Source of the DNA: Malacoraja senta
Lineage: Eukaryota
DNA: 64,000 nucleotides
Assembly: GCA_038087875.1 (NCBI GenBank)
Contig: CM075999.1
Location: 3,164,001 to 3,228,000, forward strand
Reading direction: 5' to 3'
The notes below the pieces were generated by a model that saw only the letters and a program-made list of their open reading frames with translations, did no database searches and had not been told where the DNA came from. The first letter of the stretch is position 1. Every line of letters starts with the position of its first letter. Shown here one piece after another: positions 25,491 to 39,336 of the stretch. The position numbers were made by a program, and so were the translations under genes.

Positions 25491-28400
25491 TGAAAGTCAT
25501 AGGAAAGGGAAACGAGAGATATAGACGGTGATAGAGAGAGATATAGAACAAATTAATGGAAGATATGCAAAAAAAGTACCGATGATCAAGGAAACAGGCC
25601 ATTGTTAGCTGTTTGTTGGGTGAGAACAAGAAGCTGGTGCGACTTGGGTGAGGGAGGGATAGAGAGAGAGGGAATGCCGGGGTTACTTGAAGTGAAATAA
25701 ATCAATATTGGCTATATTTAAGAGGGGGTTAGATGTGGCCCTTGTGGCTAAAGGGATCAGGGGGTATGGAGAGAAGGCCGGTACAGGATACTGAGTTGGA
25801 TGATCAGCCATGATCATATTGAATGGTGGTGCAGGCTCGATCGAAGGGCCGAATGGCCTACTCCTGCACCTATTTTCTATGTTTCTATGTAATATTCATA
25901 CCACTGGGGTGTAAGCTGCCCAAGCGAAATATGAGATGCTGTTCCTCCAATTTGCGTTTAGCCTCACTCTGACAATGGTGGAGACCGAGGACAGAAAGGT
26001 CAATGTGGGAATGGGAAGGAGAATTAAAGTGTTTGGCAACCGGGAGATCAGGTAGGTCCAGGTAGGTAGGACTGAGCGAAGGTGTTCAGCTGCTCAGATA
26101 TCCCCCTCTCCCCCTGACTCTCAGACTGAAGAAGGGTCTCGACCCAAATCGTCACCCATTCCTTCTCTCCAGAGATGCTGCCTGTCCCGCTGAGTTACTC
26201 CAGCTTTTTGTGTCTGTCTTTGGTTTGAACCGGCATCTGCAGTTCCCTACGGCACGTAAATGAACGGGTCACTCGCTGCGAGAGTATTCTGTGCACAGAT
26301 CACTCGATGCCTTGCTTACAGCGGTGACCACACTTAACTACGAGCAAGACTGAGTGATTTTGTTTCATTTACTTTGGAGACACATCGTGGAAACAGGCCC
26401 TTCTGACCACCGAATCCGCGCTGACCAGCGATCACCCATTCACACCAGTTCTTTGTCCTACCTAGTAAGGGGCAATTTACAGAAGTCAATTAACCTTCAA
26501 ACCTGCACGTCTTTGGGGTGTGGGAGGAAACCGGAGCACCCAGGCGGTCACAGGGAGAACGTGCAAACTCCGTACAGATTGTACCTGAGGTCTGGCGCTG
26601 TGAGGCAGTGACTCTACCGCTGCGCCAGGGATTAAATTACCAAAGCAAACTCCGACTCCCACTAACCCTGCACCATCACAGAGCTGAACTTCAGGAGGTT
26701 GTGGAGGGTGTATGGAACAAGCTGCCGGACTTGAGGCTGGGATTATCCCAACGTTTAAGAAACAGTTAGACAGGTACCTGGATACAGCAAGTTTGGAGGG
26801 ATATGGACCAGGCGCAGGCAGGTGGGACTAGTGTAGATGGGACATGTTGGCCAGTGTGGGCAGGTTGGGCTGAAGGGTCTGTTTACCTGCTGTATCGCTC
26901 TATGACTAGGTAGAGAACCATTCTGAAGAAGTGTCCCGAACCGAAACGTCACCTATCCACGCTCTCCACAGATGCTGCCTGACCCGCTGAGTTACTCCAG
27001 CACTCTGTGAAAAGTCACCTATCCATGTTCTCCACAGATGCTGCCTGACCCGCTGAGTTACTCTGGCACAGTGTACTTCTGTGCTTTGTAAGCTATACGG
27101 AACCACACTATAAATGATAAGGTAGACCAAAATGCTGGAAAAACTCAGCGGGTGCGGCAGCATCTATGGAGCGAAGGAAATGGGCAACGTTTCGGCCCGA
27201 AACCCTTCCGGGTTTCGGCCCGAAACTTTGCCTATTTCCTTCAGGGTTTCAGCCCGAAAGGTTGCCCATTTCCTTCGCTCCACAGATGCTGCCTGGCCTG
27301 CTGAGTTACTCCAGCACTCTGTGAAACGTCACCTATCCACGTTCTCCACAGATGCTGCCTGACCCGCTGAGTTACTCCAGCACTCTGCGTCCTTTAATTT
27401 AATCAGCAACATCCGTGGAACAATGATAGAACTGCTGCCTCACAGCGCCAGAGACCCAGGTTCGTTCCTGAGCTCGGGTGCTGTCTGTGTGGAGTTTGCA
27501 TGTTCTGCCTGTAACCGCATGGGTTTTCTCCGGGTGCTCCGGTTTCATCCCACACTCCAAAGACGTGCGGGTTTGTGGGTTAATCGGCCCCTCTGTAAAT
27601 TGCCCCCTAGTGTGTAGGGAGTGGATGAGAGAGTGGGTTAATGTAGAACTAGTGTGAAAGGGTGATCTGGGGACAGAAGTTTAAGGTGAGGGGGGGAAGA
27701 TTTAATAGGAACTCGAGAGGCAACTTTTCACACAGAGGGAGGTGGGTATATGGAACGAGCCGACAGAGGATTTTATTTTATCATTTAAAAATAAATTGGA
27801 TAGGTATATGGACGGGAAAGGAATGGAGGGTTATGGTCTGAGTGCAGGTAGATGGGACTAGGTGAGAGTAAGTGTTCGGCACGGACTAGAAGGGCCGAGT
27901 TGGCCTGTTTCCGTGCTGTAATTGTTATATGGTTATATGGTTATATAGGAGGTAGTTGAGGCAGGGACTATAACAACATTCAAAAGAGATTTGGATAGGT
28001 ACATGGATAGGAAACATTTTTAGGGATTTGGGCCAAATATGGGCAGGTGGGACTAGTCTCTATGGGGCATCTTGGTCGGCAATGGGCAAAATGGGCCGAA
28101 AGGCCTGTTTCCGTGCTGTATGACTCTATGGCCATCTCTGATACCATATAGTCTCTTCGTTGTGTCCATAGAACCGGGGGGGGGGGGTCGACTGGTGATC
28201 ACAGATCCGATCTCACAGTAGAAGCAACACACCACAATTTAACCAGCCCATCCATCCACCCGCTGAGTAACTCCGGCCTCTCCTGTGCCTCCCACATTTT
28301 CTCCAGCCTAGAGGATTCTAAAACTAGAGGGCGTAGGCTTAAGGTGAGAGGGGAGAGAGACTGAAGAGGAACCTCAAGGGCAACCATTCCACTTGGAGTG

Positions 28401-28912
28401 TCGTCGATATTTGGGAGGGGTTGCCAGAGGAAGCTATAGCAGATACAATTATGACTTTTAGAAGACATTTGGACAGATATATAGACAGGGAGGACATGTC
28501 AAAACCGTCTCCCCCACCTGGTTTGCCAGGTGAGGAGGGGGCTGTGGACCCCCAGCAGGACTAAAAACAAGACCTGTCAAAGGGCAGATGAGCTCCTAGC
28601 GAGCCAACGGCCATCCACACTTCAGTAGAAGTTGGGATCACTGTCGTACATGGTGTTGTAAGGCACCACCGTGCCCGTTGATGTTTTCAACGATGATAAT
28701 GATGATGATGAGGAATTATAAGTACATCTACACCTCACGCTGCCTCGGCAAGGCCAGCAGCATAATCAAGGACCAGTCTCATTCCCCGGCCACTCCCTCT
28801 TCTCCCCTCTCCCATCGGGCAAGAGGTACAGAAGTGTGAAAACAAACGCACACCTCCAGATTCAGGGACAGTTTCTTCTTGCAGTGATTAGCCATCTGAG
28901 CTACAGCTGATC

Positions 28913-28946
<34 letters not shown>

Positions 28947-29908
28947 AGGATCTGTGGAGGAAGCTTTGCCAGGAGCTAGCGCTCGCCCTGTGAGATATAC
29001 AATGTGGCCGGCCGTTTACTATTTGAAAGGTAATGCCGACTCCGCTCATTCTAAGTCTTTAGTTTTTAAAAGCTTTTTTTTATTTGGGTCGATTTTGTTA
29101 ATTGTACTGTTCCAATAACTCATGTCAGTCTCAGTGTTAACCATTTAGGTTCTGGTAAGGTCACTAAGATATCTTTGACATTAGCATAGAACATAAAACA
29201 GTGTCGACAGATGCTGCCTGACCTGCTGAGTTACTCCAGCATTGTGTGTCCACTCTGCTGTTCAATCATGGCTGATCTGGTGGTGCTGGCTCGAAGGGCC
29301 GAATGGCCTACTCCTGCACCTATTGTCTATTGTCTATCCTTCCCTCTCAACCCCATTCACCCGCCTTCTCCACGTATCCTTTGACATCCCGTTATCAGGC
29401 AACTGAACCATCCGAGCAGTCCTGAATACTATCTACCTCATTGGCGACCCTCGGACTATCAAGCTAGATGCAGGAACAATGTCCCCAATGTTGGGGGAGT
29501 CCAGAACCAGGGGCCACAGTCTAAGAATAAAGGGGAGACCATTTAAAACTGAGATGAGAAAAAAAAAAATTCACCCAGAGAGTTGTGAATTTGTGGAATT
29601 CCCTGCCACAGAGGGCAGTGGAGGCCAAGTCACTGGATGGATTTAAAAGAGAGTTAGATAGAGCTCTAGGGGCTAGCGGAATCAAGGGATATGGGGAGAA
29701 GGGAGGCACGGGTTACTGATTGTGGATGATCAGCCATGATCACAATGAATGGCGGTGCTGTCTCGAAGGGCCGAATGGCCTCCTCCTGCACCTATGTTTC
29801 CATACATCACTGCGTACGACGTGTAGAGTACATGTACACTATAGACCAGCTCAGCCCGACACACACACACGCTTACAACACTATATTACAATGGAAGGGC
29901 ATTTTTAC

Positions 29909-29979
29909 CTGTTTGAAGCAATAAGAAGGAGCAGCAACAGCTCCCGTCTCCTTAAGGTATTTGTCCCAACTGAAATGAC
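29909..29979 (-). CDS. scmh1: scmh1 coding exon, N-terminal arm of MBT1 (71 bp, phase 1 to phase 0)
   Basis: (G)HFSWDKYLKETGAVAAPSYCFKQ, with a ttttcag acceptor and a CAG|gtaaaa donor. It joins 23499 in frame. Confidence 0.92.
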
Positions 29980-32900
29980 CTGAAAACAGAAACAAAATTC
30001 AACAATAGCAGAAGGAAGAATAAAGGTGAAGCCAAGTCCCCGCTCCTAGTCGACTATCAGAGTCAACATTCCCAACGGTTCAGAAAATAGGTGGCGCAGC
30101 GGTAGAGTTGCTGCCTCACAGCGCCAGAGACCCGGGTTCAATCCTGACTACGGGTGCTGTCTGTACGGAGTTTGTACCTTCTCCCCGTGACCTGTGGGTT
30201 TCCTCACATACACTAAAGACGTGCAGGTTTGTATGTTAATTGGCTTGGTACAATTGTAAATGATCCCATGTGTGTGTAGATGTTCAAGAAGGAAGTGCAG
30301 ATGCTGGAAAAATCGAAGGTAGACAAAAACGCTGGAGAAACTCAGCGGGTGAGGCAGCATCTATGGAGCGAAGGAATAGGTGACGTTTCGGGTCGAGACC
30401 CTTCTTCAGACTGATGTGGGGGTGGGCGGGAAGAAGAAAGGAAGAGGCGGAGACAGTAGGCTGTGGGAGAGCTGGGAAGGGGAGGGAAGGAGGGAGGAAG
30501 CAAGAAAGTGTGTGTAGGATAGTGTTGGTGTACGGGGCGATCGCTGGTTGGCGCGGACTCGGTGGGCCGAAGGGCCTGTTTCCACGCTGTATGTTTTAAA
30601 ATTAAATCTCCTGTTCCTCGCTAGTATTTGGTTTTACCATCAAATAACATCCATCATTTGAGCCCAGCATTTTTGATTCACAAAATGTTGTTGTGGACAA
30701 AATATTTAACAGCATGTGTAGCTGGTACCGAGGACGGAATACCTGCCTGTCAGGCAGTTCACTGCACCCTCTGTCGAAGACTCAGCCAAGAACACTCTGC
30801 TACCTTGGTCTAAATGGGACACAAAGTGCTGACTACACCCACACCAACTGTTTTACAACCTTTTGCACAAGCAGAAAGTATAGAACCATGAGAGGAACAG
30901 ATCGGGTAGACGCACAGAGTCTCTTGCCCAGAGTAGGGGAATCGAGGACCAGAGGACATGGGCTCAAGGTGAAGGGGAAAAGATTTAATAGGAATCTGAG
31001 GTAGACAAAAATGCTGGAGAAACTCAGCGGGTGAGGCAGCATCTATGGAGCGAAGGAATAGGTGACGTTTTGGGTCTCGAAACATAGGGCCTGTTTCCGC
31101 GCTGTATCTCTGAACTAAACCAGTCATTGGAAAGAATATACATGATTACAACCAAGTCGTCCACAGAGTCCAGTAAAGTCGGATTCATATTTGTCCGAGG
31201 GTCTCCAAAGAGGTAGGTGGGAGGTCAGGACAGCTATCTAGTTTTTGATAGGATGGTTCAGTTGCCTGATAACAGCTGGGACTAAACTGTCCGTGAATCC
31301 GGAGGTGGGCGTTTTCACACTCAGTACCTCTTGCCTGATGGGACAGGGGAGAAGAGGGAGTGGCCGGGGTGAGACTCATCCTTGAGTTACTCCAGCACTC
31401 TGTGAAACGTCACCTATCCATGTTCTCCACAGATGCTGCCTGACCCGCTGAGTTACTCCAGCACTCTGTGCCCTTTAGGTTCAAAGACAGTCTATTTCAA
31501 TTGTAGGAATTTGCAAGATATTCACGGTTGGACATTTCGATGGTGTAGGAATTTTTAGACTGAATTACAGAAAACAGAAAATGTGCAAATCCTCAAAGCT
31601 TGACTTTTTGGATGCAATTATAATTCCATTTGATAGTTAGACTGCTGGAAAGCAGAACTGTAGACCTGTCTAGCCTGCACTGTACCAGACAGCGCTGCAG
31701 GCAGAATTATTTTATGTAAAAAATAAATTTACAGTTGGCACAGAACATAAATATCTGTGCCATTTTAACTCTTGGCAAAAGCTACAGGATAGTGAACACA
31801 CTGTCTATTTATCTCTCGCTCCCGATCAAAGGTTGGTCACCACTCCACCTTCACCCAGCAGCGACACAGTGACCCACACATAGTCGATGCAGCGTTGGAC
31901 AGAATCGCACTGTTAATTGGCTGGCTCCTCTCCCGAAATGGCAGGTTTTACCGTTTTTTTGGCATCAACGGCTGAAATCTCTCGTCTTTTTTCCATGGAG
32001 CCTGTCCGGGTTCAGCTAATCCCAGATAGAGAGAGAATCTCGGCAAACTGTGACAACCATTGGGACTCACTTTCAGCAAGGAGTTGAGGAGGAACTTGTG
32101 CGGGGATCGCTGGTCGGTGCGGATTCGGTGGGGCCGAAGGGCCTTTTTCCGGGCTGTGAAGATGCAATATATTGTTTGGGCAGAGATTCTGCATCTAATG
32201 GTTTTGTTCCTCATTAAGGTGGTGTCGTTTCCCAGTAACCATACAGAGCATCATTTAAGCAGGCGTGTATTTCAACGGCAGAACTAATCCAGGGCAATCA
32301 GACCCTGGAGACTGCTTACAGCAGCAGGAATCTATAATAGAATGCCATTAAGCACACAAGACAGATAGCAACACTGATCTTAATAAGGTGCAAAGAGAAG
32401 CGGCATCTCCTCATCTCCCTTTTCTCGTAGTGGGGGAAAACACACGCTCTTTTGAGATTTAGTGTCACCACTGGATGCAAGGTACTAAACTATCAAAGGC
32501 TTGAGAGGCGATTTCAAAAACTCGGTGGGCAATAATGTGCTGTTGGGAACGATATTCTCCAGTGATGGAATTAAATATTCTCACACATCTCGTGCCAAAG
32601 AGTGCAGACATGATCCGCTGGAAGAACAAAGCGCGGTGCTCTCCCGAATCACACCAGAATCACAGAGAATTTTAATTTGATGATAACATAGGGGGCGGCA
32701 CGGTGGTGCAGCGGGTAGATCTGCTGCCTCACAGCGCCAGAGACCCGGGTTCCATCCTAGACTGAGATAGATCAGCCTTGATTGAATGGAAGAGTAGACT
32801 CGATGGGCAGAATGGTCTAATTCTGCACCTAGAACTTATGAATAAGATCAATCGCAAAGTAGGGAGATGTCAGTCGATTGGCAGGGGTAACAGACGGCAC

Positions 32901-33912
32901 TGGAGTACATAGTAATCTCCAAGGGGCAGCACGGTGGCGCAGCGGGTAGAGCTGCTGCCTCACAGCGCCACCATCCATCCCAACTACGGGTGCTGTCTGT
33001 ACGGAGTTTGTACCTTCTCCCCGTGACCTGCGTGGGCTTTCTCCGGGTGCTCCGGTTTCCTCCCGCACTCCAAAGACGTACAGGTTTGTAAGTTAATTGG
33101 CTCGGTATGAGTGCGGGGATCGCTGGTCGGTGCGTACTCGGTGGGCCGAAAGACCTGTTTCTGAGCTGTATGTCTAAACTAAACTAAAGATGCAGATAGA
33201 AGGATCGTTCTCTATGTTCCACTCCACTTTCCCCCTCATCTCTTTGCAAAACTTGCACCAAATGTTATTTCACACTAATTATTATTCCCTTTATCCTGTA
33301 TCTCTACACAAAAAAATCTCACTTTACCTTGGTACACGCGTTAATGAAAGAACTATTGAACCATAACATGTATGGGTGATGTTAATACAGGATAAAGGGA
33401 TTAGCATTTAGTGCAAGATAAAGTCCAATTAGAGATAGTCCGATGGTCTCCAATGAGGTAGATGGGAGGTCAGGACCGCTCTCTAGTTGGTGGTAGGATG
33501 GTTCAGTTGCCTGATAACAGCTGGGAAGAAACTGTCCCTGAATCTGGAGGTGTGCGTTTGTTTTCACACTTCTGTACCTCTTGTCTGATGGGAGAGGGGA
33601 GAAGAGGGAGTGGCCGGGGTGAGATATAACAATAAGAGCCCTAAATCTTCTGAGATTACAAATGTTTAAGAAAAATCTAAGGTAGACAAAAATGCTGGAG
33701 AAACTCAGCGGGCGAGGCAGCATCTATGGAGCGAAGGGATAGGTGACGTTTCGGTCTGAAGAAGGGTCTCGACCCGAAACGTCACCCATTTCCTTCACTC
33801 CATAGATGCAGCCTCACCCGCTGAGTTTCTCCAGAGATTCCAAAGCTCACCCTAGTTTTTAGCGTTAACATCTCCATTATTTACTGCCCCTGAGCAGACG
33901 GTCGACAATACT

Positions 33913-34755
33913 GTGTGGTTCCGAATAAACTTCAAGATCCTTCTATATGTCTACAAAGCCCTCAATGGGCTTGCCCCCACCTGCATCAAAAGTCTGCTTC
34001 CCCACCACACCACCTCCAGGTCCCTCAGATCGGCCGACTTGGGGTTGCTGAATATCCCACGGTCTAGGCATAAGCTCAGGGGCGACCGCGCCTTTGCGGT
34101 TGCAGCTCCTAGACTGTGGAACAGCATCCCTCTTCCCATCAGAACTGCCCCCTCCATCGACTCCTTTAAGTTGAGACTTAAAACTCATCTTTACTCCCAA
34201 GCCTTACTTGACGTCCTCTGAGTGAGGGCTACATGTCTGTATTTATGTATGTACTTAATCTATGAACCACTGTTCGGCTCTGACCATCGAGGGGATCTAC
34301 CACAATCGCTGCCTCAAAAAGGCTGGCAGCATCATCAAGGACCCACACCATCCTGGCCACACACTCATCTCCCCGCTACCTTCAGGTAGAAGGTACAAGA
34401 GCCTGAAGACTGCAACGACCAGGTTCAGGAACAGCTACTTCCCCACAGCCATCAGGCTATTAAACCTGGCTCGGACATAACACTGAACTTTACTAGCCAA
34501 TACTGTTATTTGCACTTTATCAGTATATTGACCATTGTGTATATATTTATAGAATGCCTTGTAGTCAATGCCTACTATGTTCTGTTGTGCTCAAGCAAAG
34601 CAAGAATTTCATTGTCCTAACAGGGACACATGACAATAAACTCACTTGACTTGACTTGTTGTATAACGTTAGTACCTCCACCAATGTAAAGCACTTTGGT
34701 CAACGAGAGTTGTTTTTTAAAAGTGCTATAGAAATAAAAGTGACTTGACTTGATT
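33913..34755 (+). mobile_element. L2-clade LINE 3' end, interrupted by a Rex1/Babar fragment (~34275-34657)
   Basis: RINFKILLYVYKALNGLAP...RSLRS...GDRAFAVAAPRLWNSIP..IR.APS..SFK..LKTHL. An L2-type 3' stem-loop (tgtaaagcactttgg...aaaagtgctataga) lies at 34686-34732. Confidence 0.85.
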
Positions 34756-37700
34756 AATGAAGACTAATCACCCTTGTTAAGAATGATTCATTCGGATTAA
34801 TCTCTTACTGAGATACTCTACCAGGAGCAGACAGTGTTCTTTATATATTTTGCCAGCTCCTTTAACAAGTTTAAATTCGTTGGCACTTGCAGTTCACAAT
34901 TTTCCAATCATTTTTATTTCGTGGAAACATTCTCTCTGCATCAACTCTATCCAATACCTGTACCTGTCGTTGACCTGTACCAATGTCTACTGATTCATTG
35001 CATGGGGTTGCATCACAGCTTGGTTTGACAACAGAACGCAAGAATTTTTGTTTTAGTTTAGTTTAGAGAAACAGGCCCTTCGGCCCACCGAGTCCGTGCT
35101 GACCAGTGATCACCCCGTACACTAGCGCTATCCTACACACACTAGGGACAATTTACAATTTTACTGCAGCCAATTAACCTACAAACCTCAACGTCTTTGG
35201 AGTGTGGGAAAAAAAACCGGAGCACCCGGAGAAAATCCACTCGGTCACGGGGAGAACGTGCAAACTCCGTACAGACAGCACCCGTAGTCAGGATTGAACC
35301 TGGGTCTTTGGCGCTGCGAGGCAGCAACTCTACCGCCGTGCCACCGAGCTGCGGCTTTACTGGAGGGATTTTCAGCCCGTCATTGTGCAAGGCAATTACG
35401 CAAATTGCTGCTGAAGTTTCCATGCTGTTTGCTGTAGACAGCATTATGTTCTCTGAATGAACCAGCTGGTGATAAGAAGTTATAATGTCCTCCCATTCAT
35501 ACAAGTCATACCTGCCTTACAGACATTTGGGGGAACTCCGGGGAATTCGCCCTCACAGAATTCACGAATCTCTAGTTCAGTTTCAGAGATACAGCGTGGA
35601 AACAGGCCCTTCCGACCGACCAGCAATCCCTGCACATTAACACTATCCTACACACACTAGGGGCAATTTACACACACACACACACACAAAGCCAATTAAC
35701 CTACAAACCTGTACGTCTTTGGAGTGTGGGAGGAAACCGGAGATCTCGGAGAAAACCCACAGGGAGAACGTACAAACTCCGTACAGACAGCATCCGTAGT
35801 CGGGATCGAACCCGGGTCTCTGGCGCTGTAAGTGGCGTAAGGCAGCTACTCTACCGCTGCGCCACCGTGCTGCCCTTCACTAAACATTTGCCCTTACAGA
35901 ATTCACGAATATCTACGTAGAATTTGAGATGCAAGATAAAGTTCACACTTAGAGAACTTGTGAAAATAAAACTGTTATTTTCAGCTTGTTTTGCTTGATG
36001 TGTGTTCATGAGTTCTAGGAGCAGAATTAGGCCATTCGGCCCATCAAGTCTACTCCACCATTCAATCATGGCTGATCTATCTTTCCCTCTCAACCCCATT
36101 CTCCTGCCTTCTCCCAATAACCCCTGACACCCATACTAATCAACTAACTAACTGTCTGGAGAAACTCAGCGGGTGCAGCAGCATCTATGGAGCGAAGGAA
36201 ATAGGCAACGTTTCGGGCGGAAACCCTTCAGGAAGGAAATAGGTAACGTTTCGGGCCGAAACCCTTCCGGGTTTCGTCCCGAAACGTTGCCTATTTCCTT
36301 CGCTCCATAGATGCTGCTGCACCCGCTGAGTTTCTCCAGCATTTTTGTGTACCTTCGATTTTCCAGCATCTGCAGTTCCTTCTTTAACACAACTAACTGT
36401 CTGTCTGTCTCTGCCTTAAAAATATCCATTGACAGCCTCCACAGCCATCTGTGGCACAGTTGATGTGGATTTGCCTGATGGAATATTCATAACACACCAT
36501 GTAATATATCAGTTGCAGAGAAAGTGCAGATTTTTGTTTATGTGCAAGGTCTGAAAGGGGGTAGGTTGAAAGATGGGGACTCCAGCCTTAGCTTACGGGA
36601 GGACCGTTCAGCAGTCTGGTAACAGCCGGCAAGAAGCTGTCCGATGTTTTCCAAGCATTCTCGGTGTGCCCACGTTTCAGGAGTAAATTACTAGCACAGA
36701 TCTAATCTTTCAGAAGGTTGGCTCAAGGTGCAGGAGTGCGTTTCTATCAGATATCAGCACACTTAAAGCAGGGGTACACAACCATTGAAACATTCCTGCA
36801 ACGCATAAACAGTCTCTCCACGATGAATGACTGCGCTGTGACTCCTCGTAAATTATCAACACAATGGTTCTATTTTGTTCCCAATGTTCCCATTACACCG
36901 TCCACACATATGTTTTGTCATTTCTCAGTTCTTCTGAAGATTAAAATCCACACATGCTAAGGGTGCGGCCTTTTCCAAAGTGAATAGAATTTAGCTTAGT
37001 TTTAAGTTCAAAGATCTAGGGGCTAGCGGAGTCAGGGGATATGGGGAGATGGCAGGCACGGGTTATTGATTGGGGACGATCAGCCATGATCACGGTGAAT
37101 GGCGGTGCCGGCTCGAAGGGCCGAATGGCCTCCTCCTGCACCTATTTCCTATGTTTCTAAAGATGCAGCACGGAAACAGGCCCTTCGGCCCACCGAGTCC
37201 ACTCCGACCATTCATCTCCCATTGGGGCTAGTTCTATGCTATCCCACTTTCTCATCCACTCCCTACACACCAGGGGCAATTTACAGAGGGGCCGATTAAC
37301 CTGTAAACCCGCACGTCTTTGGGATGTGGGAGGAAGCCGGAGCGCCCGGAGGAAACCCACGCGGTCGCAGGGAGAACGTGCAAACTCCGCAAGAGTCGAG
37401 AGTGTTTTTATTGTCGTGTGTCCCAGACAGAACGATGACATTCTTACTTGCAGCAAGCAGCACGACAGAATACGACAGGACTTGAGGTCAGGATGGAACC
37501 CGGGTCTCTGGCGCTGTGAGGCAGCAGCTCTACCCGCTGCACCAACCTGCCGCCCTCAATATTGTAATTCCTTTACAAACAAAAGTCTGACCAGGCAAGT
37601 CCAAGATGCAGCACAGAACGCCACAGGAGATCCTTCTTCCCTGTGGCTATCAAACTGTACAACTCCTCCCCCTTCTGTCGTGGGGTAGACTGAGACCCCC

Positions 37701-39104
37701 CCCCACCACACACACAATCTTTGCACAAACCCAATCTTCTCAACTCGTCACTTTAATTTCATGTTTCATGTATCTTGTGTTTTTATGACTGTTGGCAGAT
37801 CAATTTCCCTCCTGGGATAAATAATGTTCTATCGTATCGCGTTTAAGAAGGAACTGCAGATGCTGGAAAATCGAAGGTAGACAAAAATGCTGGAGAAACT
37901 CAGCGGGTGCAGCAGCATCTATGGAGCGAAGGAAATATTTCCATCGCTCCATAGATGCTGCTGCACCCGCTAAGTTTCTCCAGCATTTTTGTCTACCTTC
38001 ACTGTCATCCTGGTGAGTTTCATTGTCTGTAACTCATTTGCACCTAGCCCAGAGCTAACAATGGCCTGTTGCTTTTTTGCATATCTTTCATTCATTTGTT
38101 CATTTGTTCTATATCTCTCTGCATCATCGTCAAAACACTTGTTTCCCGAAACGTTGCCTATTTCCCTCGCTCCATAGATGCTGCTGCACCCGCTGAGTAT
38201 CGTGTCGCACAAACCAAGAGAAATGGGTTTTAAGTCCCACGAATAAAGTTCCAAAACAGGCAGGTCAGTGAAGTACAACTTCAACTTCAATTATAAGTCG
38301 CCTCACATTTCAGATGGACGGAGGTACCTTTGTGGGTGAATTATTGAACCTGCTCTCAATAAGAGTTCCCAAACCTGCTTCAAATGTACCACAGCAGCGA
38401 GCAATTTCAATCCAGGTCGATAAATAAACCTGCAATTGATAACCTAATCTCAGTAACTGGAACCAGGCCACTCGTGGACTGCCGTTAAAACGTTCACTCT
38501 CTCCGCTCACAGACAATCATTTCCACTCAGAGGATAGTCCGTATCTGGAACGAGCTGTTCGACGAGACTGCAGGAGTGGTTGCAATTACGACTTAAAAAA
38601 AACAAAAAAAGCACCTGGACAGATGTGTGGATAGGAAGGGTTCATGAGGTCAAAGGGCCAAATGCAGGCAAATGGGGCCAGACTAGTGTGCCAGCTTGGT
38701 CGGCAGGGAGAAGGTGAGCCGAAGGGCCTGTCTCCGTGCTGTCAGCTGTATCATTCTATGAAGGAAGTTCATTGTCCTTCCTTGGTCTGGTCTACCTGTG
38801 ACTCCACAGCTACCTACGAAGCCGACTCTTGCGTGACCTTTCACTTAGGGGCGGCGTGGTGTCGCAGCGGGTAGAGCTGCTGCCCCACAGCGCCAGAGAC
38901 CAGAGTTCGATGCTGACTACAGGTGCTGGCTGGACGGAGTTTATACGTTCTTCCCGTGACCTGCGTGGGTTTTCTCCAGGTGCTCCGGTTTTCCTCCACA
39001 CTCCAAAGTCGTGCATGTTCGTAGATCAATTGTCCTCTATAAATTGCCCCTAGTGTGTAGGGTGTGAAAGTGGGATAACATAGAACTGTTTACGGGGTGA
39101 TGAG

Positions 39105-39336
39105 CATGGGCTCGGTGGGCCGAAGGGCCTGTTTCCACATTCCATGATGTAGTGCACCAACCTGGCCAGCATGGACTCGGTGGGCCGAAGGGCCTGTTTC
39201 CACATTCCATGATGTAGTGCACCAACCTGGCCAGCATGGACTCGGTGGGCCGAAGGGCCTGTTTCCACATTCCATGATGTAGAGTACCAACCTGGCCAGC
39301 ATGGACAAGGTGGGCCGAAGGGCCTGTTTCTGTGCT
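39105..39336 (+). repeat. 65-bp tandem repeat of the shared SINE/LINE 3' tail (~3.5 copies)
   Basis: Units start at 39112, 39177 and 39242. Confidence 0.9.

Larger units (their letters stand above)
23615..26248 (-). mobile_element. Penelope-like element fragment with an inverted terminal-repeat copy, carrying nested insertions
   Basis: Minus strand 25891-26095 encodes PVAKHFNSPSHSHIDLSVLGL..CQSEAKRKLEEQHLIFRLGSLHPSGMNI. The 3' UTR is at 25495-25709, the terminus at 23615-23705, and an inverted terminus at 26100-26248. Confidence 0.78.

Noticed and set aside
30743..30809. Possible 67-bp exon (ttag|...|gtatt)
   Set aside because: It is not frame-preserving between the phase-1 neighbours, and I recognise no homology.
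32012..32095. LAESESQWLSQFAEILSL resembling a recalled SCMH1 N-terminal segment
   Set aside because: The similarity is weak, no phase-compatible splice sites bound it, and it abuts a SINE fragment.
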